64,000 bases of DNA from Camelus ferus (lineage: Eukaryota): positions 100,752,001 to 100,816,000 of the forward strand of contig NC_045696.1 of assembly GCF_009834535.1 (NCBI RefSeq), in the 5' to 3' direction. Position numbers and translations under genes: made by a program. This document shows, one piece after another, positions 14,051 to 27,955 of the stretch. Position 1 is the stretch's first letter. The number at the start of each line of letters is the position of its first letter. The notes beneath the pieces were generated by a model. That model saw only the letters and a list, made by a program, of their open reading frames with translations. It had not been told where the DNA came from and made no database searches.

Positions 14051-14609
14051 CTATCATTTATCTGCTAATAAATAGCTGTCCATTTGTATTTACGAAAGTC
14101 CTAAAAGAATTCTGCATATTTGTCTGGGGCATTTAAACTAGAGGGGGTGGCACGAGCGCCAACTAGTAATCCAAAATGCAAATGGCTTTACACTGAGACA
14201 CCAAGCCACTCTATCACCTGTTCCAGTTAAATTCACACCATGTGTTCACTTTTGGGGGAGAGACCTTGACATTTTCTTTTTCTTTTGTCCTGGTGATAAA
14301 TATGTTACAAAAACTATTTTCCCTAAGGGAGTAGTAGAGAATAGACAGATCAGCTAACATATAAACAGACAATCAAATGATGCTGCTGATCTCTGCCACT
14401 TTTCTCACTCTTGCTCCCCCTCATGACCTAACTATTCCAATCTATGATTCTCCTAAGTAGGAGACTTGAGTGCAAATTCAACATATGTAGCTTTTCCCAG
14501 CCTTATTCATTCACCAGACCTCTGACTGATGAATATCTTCTTTTTAACTTGTATGCTTTATTTAAATGATAAGGTACCTAGTTATTCAAATATTCTCATG
14601 TCAAATATA

Positions 14610-14930
14610 CTCATTCCTACTACAAATATTTATTGAGTGCCTTCAATGAGCCAGATATTGAAGGCGCTGATGAGAAAATAATAAACATTCTCTGACTCTT
14701 TGAGCTTACATTATAATGGAGGATGCAGATGACAACTCAGTAAACAAATATTTGAAAAATAAATAATTGTATATAAGAAAACAAAGGGATGTATAATGAG
14801 TATTACAAAGAAAAGTAAAGCTGGTTGAGTGTAGAGAGCAACAGAAGGTCATTACTGATACTCCTACAGAGAAGATATCTTAAGGAAATTAACTGTTGAA
14901 CACAGACTAAAATGAAATAAAGAGAGATGT
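14610..14930 (-). mobile_element. L2a-like 3' end
   Basis: caaatatttattgagtgcc...gagccagatattg...gagcttacattataatgg. Confidence 0.78.
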
Positions 14931-17736
14931 AAAAAACCTTTATTCATAAGGATTTAGCTGTCAAATCACTTTGTAAGTCATCCTTCATTAGAAGACCAAA
15001 GGCAGTGGAGATATGTCAAGAGGTTTCTTGAAAAAGGCTTGTCCTTGTAAGTAATAGTGCTTCTTAACGACATTGTGAAATAGGTCTTTCATACCCAGTC
15101 TAATATTCAAAGCTACATATTTTTTAATGTTTAATTCAAATGATTTAGGTAATTATGGACATGCTTAAGAAAACTTACATGTATAGTTAACATAACTTAG
15201 ATTATTCACTCTTAGTTTCCATACTATCTGATTTAATAGTAATTTTAAGTCAGTAATCTTACTGGACTTAATTTGTTTCTTTAGGAATTTTTAATGATTG
15301 TTTCCATAGACATTTTAGATATTTCTATCACATCTCAACATAATTTATAATTTGTAGGTACTACAAGAAGTATTATTTGATTCATTAATAATAAAATGAT
15401 GTGAAGCAAATAATACATAAGATAAAAAGCCGTAGAAAACATTACACAAAAGTGGTCAATTTGTGTATTATTTAGAAAGTCAGTAATTGGTGGTATGGCT
15501 GCTGCATTAAAGGAGGATTTTTATTATGGTCCAAACTAGTCTGACAAGTTTGATGTGTTGTGTTTTAAGTCATCATATTGTGGAAAGCAGTATTTAAAAA
15601 ATAGTTCCCTACTTCATTCATTGAGCTGAATTTGATACCAGTGCGTATTTCGCAGGCTGTCTCAGAGGTCATTTTGTCTTTAGTAGTTGTTTTAACAGTC
15701 TTGTCTATTTTGTCTATTTTGCATTTTAGAACCTTTGGAGACAATCCTTCTAGTCCATTGCATGTGTCATACAATGCCAAACTTTAAAACTGTTCATAGT
15801 CTAGTAAAATGCTAATAAAATGTGGGTTTTTTGTAATTATGAAAAAAAATTCACTCGGAATATTCCATCAGTAGTAAACTTCTGATACTTAAGCTGACTG
15901 TTTCGAAAACAAGTGCTGTGTATTTGTGGATGTATGTAATACATCAACATTTGTTTTCTAAAGTTAAAATAATCAATGTAAGTTAATTTTAATTCTATCA
16001 CTTCCAGGTCTAGAAGTAATTAATTGGAATAAACAATGAAAAGAGTAACAGTGCTATCTATTTCCCAAGAGTATAAATGATCATTATTAATTTGCCTTTT
16101 CCTGAGGTCCCTCCTTTATAATCAAGAATGCTTCAGAAGTTTGGAGTTTTATAAGTAAATGAGTTTATATGTTAAAAAATAGTCCATATAGTATATCATG
16201 AAGAGTCTTTCACAGGAAATAAAACAAAATAAAACATTAATTCACTGATTTTGACAGTTAGGAGGAAGAAGAGAGAACACAACATATTTTCTAAGAGTAA
16301 CAGGTCAGATTTGGTAAGTGTTAGAGTGAAATAAAAATAAAGTGAAGAAATGAAAATTCATTTTCACAAAGATGTTGAGGCTCTTTAATCTTAACATCTA
16401 TGATCTAGTTCTGGAAATCAAACTTTCAACTGAAAATCAATAGCCTCAGTGAGGATTAAAGTTTAAATATGTATCCAAAAAAAACCTAGCCATTGTAGAT
16501 TTCTAAATGGATGATATGTATTGCAAAGGAAAACCTAGTTTTGTGCTTGATTTAAAATGGAACTAATTAGTCACTAGACCTGAGATCTCAGGAGATTTAA
16601 CAAAAAATAAAAGCATGAGAGATACGACAATGAGAAGAAATGTAAGGGAATAACTCATAACTTTTCCCATCTAAATTCCTAAAAAAAAACCTGTATTACT
16701 TAAAATCCTTGAAATGGAAAACTGATAGACACTGATATACATGATAAAACTCTTGAGACAAATTTTATAGAGTATAAAATCATAAAGGTTTTAGAGAAAA
16801 CTTCATAAATGTATGTAGTCACACTACTGGCTACTGTAAAATTAATTGTGAAAGTTATTAAACAAAACTCAGGAAAGCCAAAATTACATGGATATTTTAA
16901 TTGTTATTTCCTCATTTTGGATCCCTTTTGTGTCAGATGACACTAGAAAGTAATAATAGAACTGAAATCAGAATGAGGAACAATGAAAAAAATTTACCCT
17001 GGTTATAACATGCTCAAAAAATTAAGTGCATAGAGTCTGCTCAGATCTAAAATGAATTAACTAAAAAGAAAAAGCTATCACGAGTTATTAAGTGTATAGC
17101 ATTGTTTAAGTATATATTGTAAGTAAGGTGGTGTAATCACAACAATGATTAATTTCAAAACTAAGCGTTATGAATCTGAAAAATATTAAGTTATAGATGT
17201 ACATAGTTGTGAGGTATCATTTGAGGAAATGGCAAAACTGAGGTATGTAACACATTTATAGAAATTGTGATATGCACTACAGAATATACTGCATGCATGC
17301 ATTTTCATTTTAATATAAAGCCATCACTATGATCAACATATATTGTTCTTTTTCTGGCTAAAATTATTTCCCTTCTTTTGAGAAATGGCTGTTTTCCCTG
17401 CAGTTGTTGATCGCTAGAATGGACCTATGTCCAAGTAGGTGGAAGTGGGGCGGGTGCCGATAACTGGGAAGTTTCTGGTGGAAGAAGGCAGAGATAGTCC
17501 CTTCTTTTCATTGCCCTTGTTCTGGATTTCACCCTGGAAGTGCTGCTCATTGTGCTCTCTTCAAAGTGGAGAAAGCACAGCTGCAGTGTCAGGAAGTGAA
17601 CACAGTGACATTAGAGAATCCAGAACGGGTTGGGGGAGGAAAGAGAACGACTGATGTGGTTTAAATTTACTTTCTCACCCTGAAAACCACTCTTACTTGC
17701 CCTCTTCATTAGAGCAGGTAATTCTCTTTGGCTTAA

Positions 17737-17854
17737 TATTCATTTATTTGTTTTTATTATTATTATTATTATTTTAATGGAGGTACTGGAGATTGAACCT
17801 AGGACCTCGGGCATGCTAAGTATGTACTCTACCACTGAGCCATACCCACTCTCC
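17737..17854 (-). mobile_element. tRNA-Ala(AGC)-derived camelid SINE (vic-1-like)
   Basis: Reverse complement gggtatggctcagtggtagagtacatacttagcatgcccgaggtcctaggttcaatctccagtacctcca (A/B boxes), (TAA)n tail, TSD tggcttaa at 17729-17736 and 17855-17862. Confidence 0.92.
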
Positions 17855-18389
17855 TGGCTTAAATTATTTTGAAGTGAGATTCTGATATTTGTTAAAGAAA
17901 GAGTACAAATAGTGACTAAGAGAGTTAGAAACATATTTGCATGCCAAATAAGGCTACTTCCTTGCTTGTTAACCTTTTTCTTTGTTTTCGTTAACCTTTT
18001 TTTTTTTTGAATTATTTTCTGATACTGTTAGCTTAATTTTTTGGTTTCATGGGTACTAGAAACATGTATGATGACTACACTTTCAGTGGAAGGAACCAAA
18101 TATCCAATAATTAAAAGATTATTCCTATAAGAAGTCTGTATTATAAGGTCAGTGTAAGTTATCTATCAGTAATCTTGATGTCTTGAGAGACAGAGAACTC
18201 TTAGTGCTCAAATGATATTTCTGAGACAACATCTAGTGATTACTATTCCATTCTATCTTTGAGGGACTTAAAATAGCAGTGTTGACTTACAAATGTATTA
18301 ATCAACACTTGCTTTAGATGAGAACTATGAACTATTTTTTGTAGATTTGTTTTCATAAAAAATTTGTTGAGTTTAAGAGAATTTCTATT

Positions 18390-18520
18390 ATTTATTCAAA
18401 TACATTGCAGATAGTCATTGAGAACCTACTATGTTTCAGGCACTGTCCAAAGCACTGGGGATAGATCAATAAGATTTAGTAACTTTCTTTCATCAGCTGT
18501 CAGTTGAGGGGAGGAGAAAG
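18390..18520 (-). mobile_element. L2 3' end
   Basis: cattgagaacctactatgtttcaggcactgtccaaagcactggggatag. Confidence 0.75.
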
Positions 18521-18744
18521 AAAGGTAGAGAAATAATTACCATATAATGTCATAATTTTCCCCCCAAAATATAAATGGAATTCTCTAAGAGAAGGAAGAC
18601 GAATTTCTGCACAAACCTAGCAGGCTATTTGGGTCCAGAGGCTAAAAGGAAAGGTAAATATGGCACTGTTTCCTTGGATCTATCAGAGTTGATACATATT
18701 CTCCACCTTTTTATATCAACTTTCCAGTCATCCACACTCTGAAT

Positions 18745-18900
18745 TAAAAGATCATGGTCTTTAGATTCAGAAGCACATGAGTTTGAATGTCAGCTTTACC
18801 ACTTATTACTATGAAAGTTACTTAACTTCTCTAAGACTCAATTTTCTCATCTCTACTATGGGTAGAGGCCATCTCATTATGAAGCTACAGAAGATTAAGC
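18745..18900 (+). mobile_element. MIR SINE
   Basis: gagtttgaatgtcagctttaccactta...aagttacttaacttctctaagactcaattttctcatct core. Confidence 0.75.
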
Positions 18901-20270
18901 TTCAATGACTCTCTTTTGCATGAGATCCCTCCTGCATACAAAATGGAAAAAAAATTGCAAAATGCATGGCCAAACAAATTGTTTTAACTTCAAGCCCCAC
19001 AAAATCTGGATCCTCAGGTTTATAATATAATTATTAAATATAATAATTGTATTTACTCTGAGCATTAAATGGAAGATAGATGAAATGGCTTTTGCATAGG
19101 ACTTGATGAACAAAAAGCAGTTAAAATTAACATATTCTCCTTTCCATTTCAATATAGATCTATTCCTTACTGGTTATAAATATCTACCAACGGAGTAATG
19201 AAAAATGAGATTTCTGAAGCTGTCTAGACAAGCAACTTAAAATAACTAATCTTAATTTTTAAGATTTTTTCCCTCACAGAGAGATGATTTGACTCAATCC
19301 TTTTCCAAACTTATCTGAAACACATTCCACAACAATTTATCTTGTTGCTCAGAATCTCTGAAAACATTCTTAATGCTAACTCTCTCACTCACTATTACCC
19401 TCATGTCAGTTGTAAATTGTCTTCCAAATACATTTTCCCTTGAGTTTATGAAGCATCTGCGGGTCTTAGGATATGTTACACTTAAACTGTTGCGTGACAT
19501 AACAAATAATGCTCATAAAATTTCAGGTGGCTTGCAATTTTATGCATCTGATACACATGCTCCTAAAACACAAAAGGACATGCTCAGCAAATCTAATGCT
19601 TGAAAACTAGAATTATGATGGCATTTCTTACATGCATTGCTGAACAGAAAAAGTAAATTATGCCATCCCTGTAAAGTGCCTTTAATATTAATTCAAACAC
19701 TGTGTGTTTCCATCATATTTTGTATTTACATATTTCAGATCTCTCCAACATCCATGTTTTAAATTGGGACAGTGTCTCTGCTTTTAATCTGCACCCTGCG
19801 GAAGGAACAGCTATACATAATTAAAATTTTAATGCTAGATTCTGCATTCTCTATCTTGTAACTTTTGTTACTTTCCCAAAACTTCTTTATTATTTGGTTT
19901 CTCCCAAGTTCCACCAACTAACTGTAATTTTGCTAATCTGGAGAGAAATCAGAAACTATTATAATTAAGTTTACAGGAAATTTATCAAAAGTACATGTGA
20001 TCAGAGATCACCACTTATTACTCAGGAGGTGAAACTCTTGCGTAGGTCAATTTCGAGGATTTATTAGGACTAGTTTGCTGATATAATTTTGGTTGCTGGT
20101 ACTTCACAGATTTGAGGTTAAAACTGGAGAAGGGTGTTCCTTAAGGGATCAAATGCAAACACTGATTCAGATGCAATGAGTGATTGGATAGAACCATGGG
20201 TTGCTCCTTTGGAAAGATGATGAGAATGTTCCTAGTCGGGAAATAGATGTTGGTGACTAGGAGAGCAGTC

Positions 20271-20697
20271 TGTTGTAGAACTGACTAGATGTTCATCAAA
20301 GCTGTTTCTCCCTTGTATTCCTAGCACACAGACTATATTCCATCCTCCTACATAATTATGGTTGTTTTACTGAGCTCTTGCCAATGGAAGGAAATAGGAG
20401 TGATGCATATCATTTCAGATCTTGCCCCATGTGATTCTCCACCTTTTTCTCTTCTTCTGGCTGAGTGGCTGGTGCCCAAGAAAAGCTAGGAAGTTATACT
20501 AAATTGCACATGGCACAGACTCTATCAGCCTGAGGCCACCAGTGACTTAGAGCATAATCCTTTGCCTGCACATCACCGAAAAACAGCAGCTTGGAAGATC
20601 TGTGGATTATTTATGTGAGTTAGCAATAAAGTCACTTATTAACAGCAACTGAGTTTGGTGGTTATTTGCTACAGCAGCCAATATGATGCTCACATAC
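20271..20697 (+). mobile_element. MaLR solo LTR (MLT1H/I/J-like)
   Basis: TG start, actgagctcttgccaatggaa, aataaa, and ending ggttatttgctacagcagc...ataca. Confidence 0.75.
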
Positions 20698-22339
20698 ACA
20701 CTGTTTGCTTGTTTCATTATTTTTTCAAATATTTTTATATTAGGGCTTCAGAACCTCATAGCACAAACTAAAATTCTAGCTCTGTTATTAACATCCTGTC
20801 ATGCATATAAGAATTAGTAATTCTTACGTTGTTATTCAGGATTATGACCACATGCTATGTTAGGGAAAAATCAGCCTTTGGAATAAGACAGATCTAGATT
20901 TAAATGCTAACTTGAGTTATTACTAAATAATCACTGCAGTGATCCTTAAGGTGACTTCACTTCCTTAAACTTCTGAAAGGCTGTTATAAGAATTAGAATG
21001 CTACATCTAAAGCATAGGTTTAAAAAAAGTACTGAAAAATGTTAACTATTCCAAGTGCTATTTTTTGCACAGTAGTTAGTTTTCTGGGGACCAGAGATAT
21101 ACTTAAGCTAGAGCACACAACATGCTCATTAAAATATAATGGAATACATAATATAAAGATGTATGCACAACATGGTGCAGGAACTCTGAAAATACAATCA
21201 TTAATTATCCCACAGTAAGAACTGAAAGAACATTTTATGGAAAAGATGATGATAGAGGTGTCTCTGAGTGATGCTTATGGCCATAATAGGCAAGAAGGGA
21301 GAAAAAAATATTTCCTCCAAAGTTTTTCTAAGTATTTTACAAACATTGTCTCATTTGCTTTTGTAATATCCCTTCCACTTTAAGATTTAAAGAAGAAACA
21401 AGGTGTATCTATATAACAATTCTGCACACCTGTGCGTATTAAAAATTTCCATCTTAAGGTCAAAGTTCAGTTCTAAGTCAAATCAAAGCATTCCTACTAT
21501 ACACAATTCTCCAGTTTGCAAACTGCTAAAGGAAGCATCGCAGGGGCAAATTGCCCTCCCAGTGACTAGAAAATTAAATGCAATTTTTAATCTTTAATCT
21601 TCCCACATCACTGCTCATGTTAATGTTTTGTTCAGGCATTCCTGCTGAGCCATATCGGTGCACAAACACTCTGAAAAATCCCAGGTTGACAATTAATCAT
21701 TGGAAAAGAGTCAGCTTAAGCAGAGAAGAAGGGACAGCTTTAATAGCAGGAGATTAAAGAATGCCATAATCAACCAGATTTTTCTAAATTGATTTCTTAA
21801 CGTAGCATGACCTGGCTTAGTATTTTAAAAAATAATCAAACAACCACTTATGCAGACTTGTTCACAAAATTTTGATATTTAGAGATCTAGTTTTAAAAGA
21901 AACACATGGAGTGATTTTTAAAGGTAATTAATCTCACTAGTAATCTGATCAACCAAAGAAAAGTACTATGCACATTTGGGGGGTATTTAATTTGTTTTAG
22001 AATTTTCATAGTGCTGTTATATTTAATCATGAAAATTTAAAGAGAAATTCTCTATAAGTTTAAAAATAAGGTAAAAGGAAACACAATTTTGGAATCATAC
22101 TTTGTCAACTTCATTCAAAAGGAAAATAAAAATACAGAATAGTGCTATTAAAAGAGTAAAACTATTTAAAGAATGAAAGAAATCATAGAAATGAGCACCT
22201 AACCAGTCAGTGGTCAAAGAATTTAAGAGCCAGTGGAGGAGTTAAAGATGATCATTTTTATCCCCCATCCACAATTTAGAGGAGAGGAGACAATTCAAAT
22301 ACGTCAGAACTCATATCAACATACAGAAAGGAACAACAT

Positions 22340-24352
22340 TAGAGAGAGAACAATGAAGAATAAAGACTGTATTTTTTATTTTTCATATTCCTACTTAACC
22401 TAATAGATAACTAAGCAACAATGTATTGAGTGGCTGTAGCATATGGATAAGTAAAATGAACGGTGGAAATGTTATATGAAATGAGAGAAGGTAATTGGGA
22501 ATAATCTAAGTTAAATGAACTACCCATAAAGTAATACAATGTGATTTGAAAGTGGACTTAGATTAGTTGTAAATGTATATTTCAAACTAGAGTAATCACT
22601 CATTTTATTTTTAAAAAAGGACAATTGATATACTAAGAAGGGAAAGAAAATGAAATTAAATGAATGCTCAGTTGAAACCAGAGAAGGCAGAAAAATAAGG
22701 AAAGATTAAAAAAGAGAGAGAAACAAAGGAAAAGTGCAGCAAATAGAAAACAGGTACAAATACAGTAAATATCAGACAAACTGTATCAATAATCACTGTT
22801 AATAACAATAGCCTCAATATAGAAAATAAAGACAGAAATGAGATAGTCACAGTAAACAAAAAAAAAAAAAAAAAAAAAGAAAAAAGAAAGCCCCAACTAT
22901 ATGCTGTCTGGAAGAAATCCACTTATATAAAGACCCAGATAGGTTGAAAGTAAACAGATGGAGAAAGATACATCATGCTAACACTAAACAAAAAGAAAAG
23001 CTGGAACAACCGTATTAATTTTCAACAAGGCAGACTTTAAAGCAAGGAAAATTATCAGGGATGGGCAGGAGCATTACAAAATGATGAAAGGGGCTAATTC
23101 TCCAAGAATATATAGTAAGTCATGTGTGTACACCTAACAACAGAGCACAAGATACATGAGATGAAAACTGACAGAACTGCACGATGAAACAGATGAATCT
23201 ATAATTATTTTTGGGAAGTTCAACTTCCTTCTATCAAATGTGAACAGATCCGGAAGGCAGAAAATCAGTAAGGATATAATTGAGCTGAACAGCCACATTA
23301 ATCAACTGGACCTAATCAATATTTATGGAACACTTCATTGAACAATAGCAGAACCACATTTTTTCCCTCAAGTTCACACAGAAGATTCACAAAGATAAAC
23401 CATATTCTAGGCCACAAAACACACTTTAACCAATTTAAAAGAATAGAAATAATGCAGGTAATGTACTTGGACCACAATAAAATTAATTTAGATTTTTAAA
23501 GACTAAGTTAATTTAAACTCTTTAAATCAGTAAGAGTTATATTTGGAAAATTCCCAGATGCTTGCTGACTAAGCAGCACACTTCTAAATATCATGTAGTT
23601 CGAAAAAGAAGTCACAAGAGAAATTTTAAAACTATTTTGAATTAAATGAAAACAAAAATAGAACATCAAAATTTTAGGGATGTTTAGAGGGAATGTTGTA
23701 GTATGATGTGCATATATTTAAAAAAATATATAGATCAATAATCTAAGCTTCCACCTGAGGGCAACTAGAGAAAGAAGGGCAATATAAATTAAAAACAAGC
23801 AGAAAAATAAATTAGAGCAGAAATCAATGAAACTGAAAATAAGAAATCAATAGAATAAAGCAATGGTAACAAAAGCTGGTTCTTTGAAAAGATCAATAAA
23901 ACTCTACACCCACAAATTTGATAACCTAGATAACAGATCAGCTCCTTTAAAGGCACAAATTCCCATATCCTCACGCAAAAAGAAATAAATAAGAGCATAT
24001 ATCTATTAATGAAATTGATAGAAATTAATGAAATTGATAATGAAATCTTCCAAAAAAGAAAGAATCATTCCCATGGTTTCACTGGTAAATTCTAGCAAAA
24101 ATTTAAAAAGAAATTATTCTCATTCTCTTCAATCTCTTCCAGTAAGTAGAAGCACTGAGAATTATTTCCAAACTCATTCTAGAAAGCCAGAAATACTGAA
24201 GCAAGATAAAGACATTATAAGAAAACTACAGCCCAATATCTCTCATTTGCATAAATGTAATTATCCTCAATAAAATATTGGTAAATTGATTCACAACATA
24301 TACATATAAAAAGAATTAAATACTACAACCAAGTGGGATTCATTCTCAATGT
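22340..24352 (+). mobile_element. L1MC/MD-like inter-ORF region and decayed ORF2 (endonuclease to start of RT), internally deleted
   Basis: Translates in pieces as PTICCLEEIH / KDPDRLKVNRWRKIHHANTKQK (L1 endonuclease) and ends at aaccaagtgggattcatt (QVGFI); many frameshifts and stops. Confidence 0.92.
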
Positions 24353-24369
24353 GACAGTATTCTTTCAGG

Positions 24370-24522
24370 CCTTTTTTTTTTAATAAGGGCATTAATTTAT
24401 TCATGAGGGCTCTACCCTCATGACCTAATCATCTCCCCAAGACCTCACCTCCAAATACTGTCACATTGAGGATTAGTCTCAACATATGAGTTTGAGGAGG
24501 ACACAAAAGCTCAGAGCATAGC
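24370..24522 (-). mobile_element. MLT1A-like LTR fragment
   Basis: ataagggcattaat..attcatgagggctctaccctcatgacctaatcatctcc...caacatatgagtttgaggaggacacaaa. Confidence 0.85.
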
Positions 24523-25104
24523 GATCTTGTGCCCACTTTCTGAAAGTTTCCACAGGAATAAAGCATGTGAAATAATTCTATAAAATTCAAATATCCTGGA
24601 ATTTTCCTCCATGTGAGATCGGTTCTATCTTATTAATTCCTTTGGGCAAATTATCTCAGTGATCCGTATTTTATCATTATTAGCAACAGAAGATGCAGCC
24701 CTAGCCATATTACAAAAATAATTAGAATTGATTGTTTCTGTTTGAAAGATTGAAAAATAGGAATGTTTTATTATCATATTTACATATAGTCATGTAAGAA
24801 ATGAAACTTTAATCTCTATGAAGTAAGAATAATTCTGTATATTCACATGACAGATGTTTGCTTATGAGATGAACTTCTGATGGATAACCTCAATCAACGA
24901 CATCGTGATTTCTTAGATTTTCCATTGTTTATGGAAGATAATTAATCACTAGTAAATGTAATTAGAGATATTTCCAAAATATCTATTCTTAAATAATAAT
25001 TAAAAAAATTTTTCAAAGTGATAGAATTATTATTTCTGTCAATGAAGGAATATATTTGTAGAAAATTTACCAAGAATTATCAGAGAATATCACTGTTTCT
25101 TTTA

Positions 25105-25594
25105 ACATATCAGTTTTCTATTATTGCTGAAACAAATTACCACAACTTAGTAGGGGAAAACAATACAGGTTTATTGCCTTACACCCTGGAAGTCAGAAGT
25201 CTTAATCTGGTATCACTGGGCTCCAACTGAGGGATCAGTAGAGCTATGCCTCTTCTGGAGATACCAGGGGGAAATCTGTTTCCCTCGTTCTGCCTTCTGT
25301 AGCTTCTGGGTGCGTTCTAACTTCTTTGGCTTATTGTTCCATCCTCCATCTTCAAAGTTAGCAGCATAGCATGTTCTAAATTCTCTTTCTGACTCTGACC
25401 CCCCGCTTCCTTCTTACAAAAAATCCTTCTGATTCTGTCATTAGGTCCATCCAAATAATCCAGGATAATGTTCCCATCTCAAGATACTTAACTTTATTAT
25501 ATCCTAAGAGCCCCTTTTGCCATAAAAGATAACAAAATCACTGGTTCATTCCAGGGATTAGGAAATTTTGGGGGCCATTAGTTAGTCGACTACA
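25105..25594 (-). mobile_element. MLT1D-like solo LTR
   Basis: acaaattaccacaacttagt, ggaagtcagaagtc, ataatccaggataat..cccatctcaagat and gggggccatta...taca. Confidence 0.85.
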
Positions 25595-26544
25595 TTTACT
25601 TATTTAAGTGATTTAGTTTTAAAGGCAAGGATGAGTAAGTTTCTTCTTAAAAGCCAAATTTTAAATTAAAAACAGCAAATTAAAAAAAAAAAACATTTTA
25701 AGCAATCAAAGAGTTTGTATTTGAAAAAAAACTTTTTATCCAACCCAAAGTCCTAGAGTTTTCAGAGCATGACATTATACCTAAGAAACAGAAACATCAT
25801 AAATGCAGAATAACAGAATATTTATTAAAGGTTTTAAAAATATTTCTATTAAAATTACTTTAAAACACCTTTATCTTATCCTGTTATTGGAAATAAATGT
25901 GTAGAATATATTAAAAAAAAATGAAGATAAAGCCTCCTAGTGCTGAAATTTGAAAATAAAATAACATTTAGTTATACAAAAGAGACAAAAAGAAAAATAT
26001 ACATGTTACACATTCAAGTATGATAACAAAGAATAATTTTTCTAAGTATTAATCTTCAAAATTTGTTATTTTTTAATTGTAAAATAGAATGCAAAGGAGA
26101 CCAAAATATATTAGAGGCAGTGAGACTCATAAAGTTCACAAACCCCATGTTTCTGGCCAGACAAAATAAATAGTCCAATCATTTGTGATTCTCGGAACTA
26201 CTTTTGGTTTCTGATGGACCATGGAAATCAGTAGTGGATCTGGAATTAAACCCTAATTCATTCTTATGATCTGTTCTGATGGTCAAGATGAGAAAGAAGT
26301 TAGATCGTGCAAACTACAAACTGAAGAACTTTATATCTACTCTGAGCAAGATTACAGATGCTAAAAACGGACTCATTATTTTTGGACACATAGTAGAAGG
26401 AAGAAACAAGCACCGAGTCCCAGGATAGAAACTGAAATGAATGCCTTTAGAGCAGAATGCTAGACTAGATCTGTGTTAACCAGAAGGAGATTTCTAATTG
26501 CACACAGTAATACACTACTCCTAAAATGGCCATCAGCTAACAGG

Positions 26545-26945
26545 TACTGGTCTGCATAAAAATCACTTGGTAAGCTTATTAAAATTTTGATTCTGTTTAT
26601 ATGAAATATGCAGAATTCACAAATCTATAAGGACAGAAATGTGGTTGCCAGAGGGTAGGAGGAGGCAGGGATGGGGAATGATTGCCTACTGAGTGTGAGG
26701 CTCCCCTCTGGGCTGATGAAAAGTACTTGAACCAGATGGAAGTGGTGGTCATACAACACCGTGAATGTCCTTAATGCCGCTGCGCACTGTGAAATGGGTA
26801 AAGCAGTCGATTTCATGTTATGCGTGTTTTACCACAATACAAAATATTAAATGCGATGAGTAAGGATACACGCCCAGAAATCTGTATTTTGAAATTGTAC
26901 ATCAGGAGATTTTGAAATGCAGCTATCTTTGTGGATTATTATTTT
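26545..26945. mobile_element. MER5-like hAT element split by an L1MB insertion
   Basis: Left piece ctgcataaaaatcacttggtaagcttattaaaa; right piece cccagaaatctgtatttt...caggagattttgaaatgcag. Confidence 0.55.
26588..26845 (+). mobile_element. L1MB 3' end
   Basis: tgattctgtttatatgaaat..., gtggttgccagaggg, acaacaccgtgaatgtccttaatgcc, ttttaccacaat plus a short A-rich tail. Confidence 0.88.
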
Positions 26946-26997
26946 TATATCTAATTCTGAAAGTTCATCAACAGTTTGGATAAAATTACAGAAGTTG

Positions 26998-27312
26998 TTC
27001 TGTTCATCTATTGCTATGTCACAAACCACCCCGACGCTGACTTAAAAACTATAGCAAACTTGTGTTTTCTCAGGGGGTCTGGAGGTTGGACCCGTCTGAC
27101 AGTTCTTGTTTCCAGTCTCTTATATTTTTGTAGCAGAAGATGGTTAAGGAGGGTGTCTTCTTGGCGACACAGAGCATCATTTTCTTCACACTACTAGTGG
27201 AGGCAACCATGAGTGCACTCCAGCTGTCAAGGGGAAGGGCACTACAATACAGCTCTTGATAAAAAGCTGGAGGGATGGGAAATGTTGTTGCAGCCATATT
27301 TGGGGAATGCAA
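26998..27312 (-). mobile_element. Old MLT1-type LTR
   Basis: tctattgctatgtcacaaaccacccc...gacttaaaa start and ttgttgcagccatatttgg end. Confidence 0.6.
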
Positions 27313-27955
27313 AGGGCATGTCCTTTAAACTTAAAGTGAATCCTTACTCAAGACTGCAGAATATTTGAAAACTTGAGTTCAACCTAACAGGATAAAATTT
27401 GACTTATATGTATAAAATCTGATCATTTACGTGCAGAGAATGAAAAAGCAGAGCAGCGTGGAATGCAATGACTCGGAGTTGAGGCCAAAGCAAGATCGTG
27501 CTACATACAATAGATTGATAAATTTGTTTATGTTCTATTAATACAAGGAAAATGAAAGAATTATCATAACTTCCTTTTTCTGTATCTTGGAGAAGTGATT
27601 TATTTCCAGTCTATTTATTTTGCTGGAAAAGTGTTCCAGCAATTACTAAAGTATTTCCTTATTCTTGAAAATCTAATTTGTTTCCTATTCCTTCAAATAT
27701 TGGTGCAATAAATATTACAAGCTTACAGCTTCCCTTGCCTCTATCCTGAACAATATTTAGAGTTATTTCTTAAAAATTAAGTCATAGGATTAAAGTTACT
27801 TTGTCAGAGGGTAAATACCTTTTATATCTATTTTTCTATAAATAATTCTTCTGAGTTGCCCTGAACTGTATTTCACTGACAGACCAATTTTATTCATCTG
27901 GATTGAAAAAGTGTTTTAAATACAATGCATGTACATAAAATACATAATGCATATA

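Noticed and set aside
15565..15780. 71-aa minus-strand ORF as a coding exon
   Set aside because: Non-ATG start, weak splice signals, no recognisable domain and no partner exons; cannot be excluded without a homology search.
17777..17850. tRNA-Ala gene (also at the four other SINE heads)
   Set aside because: Stem-disrupting substitutions, A-rich tails and TSDs mark them as SINE copies.
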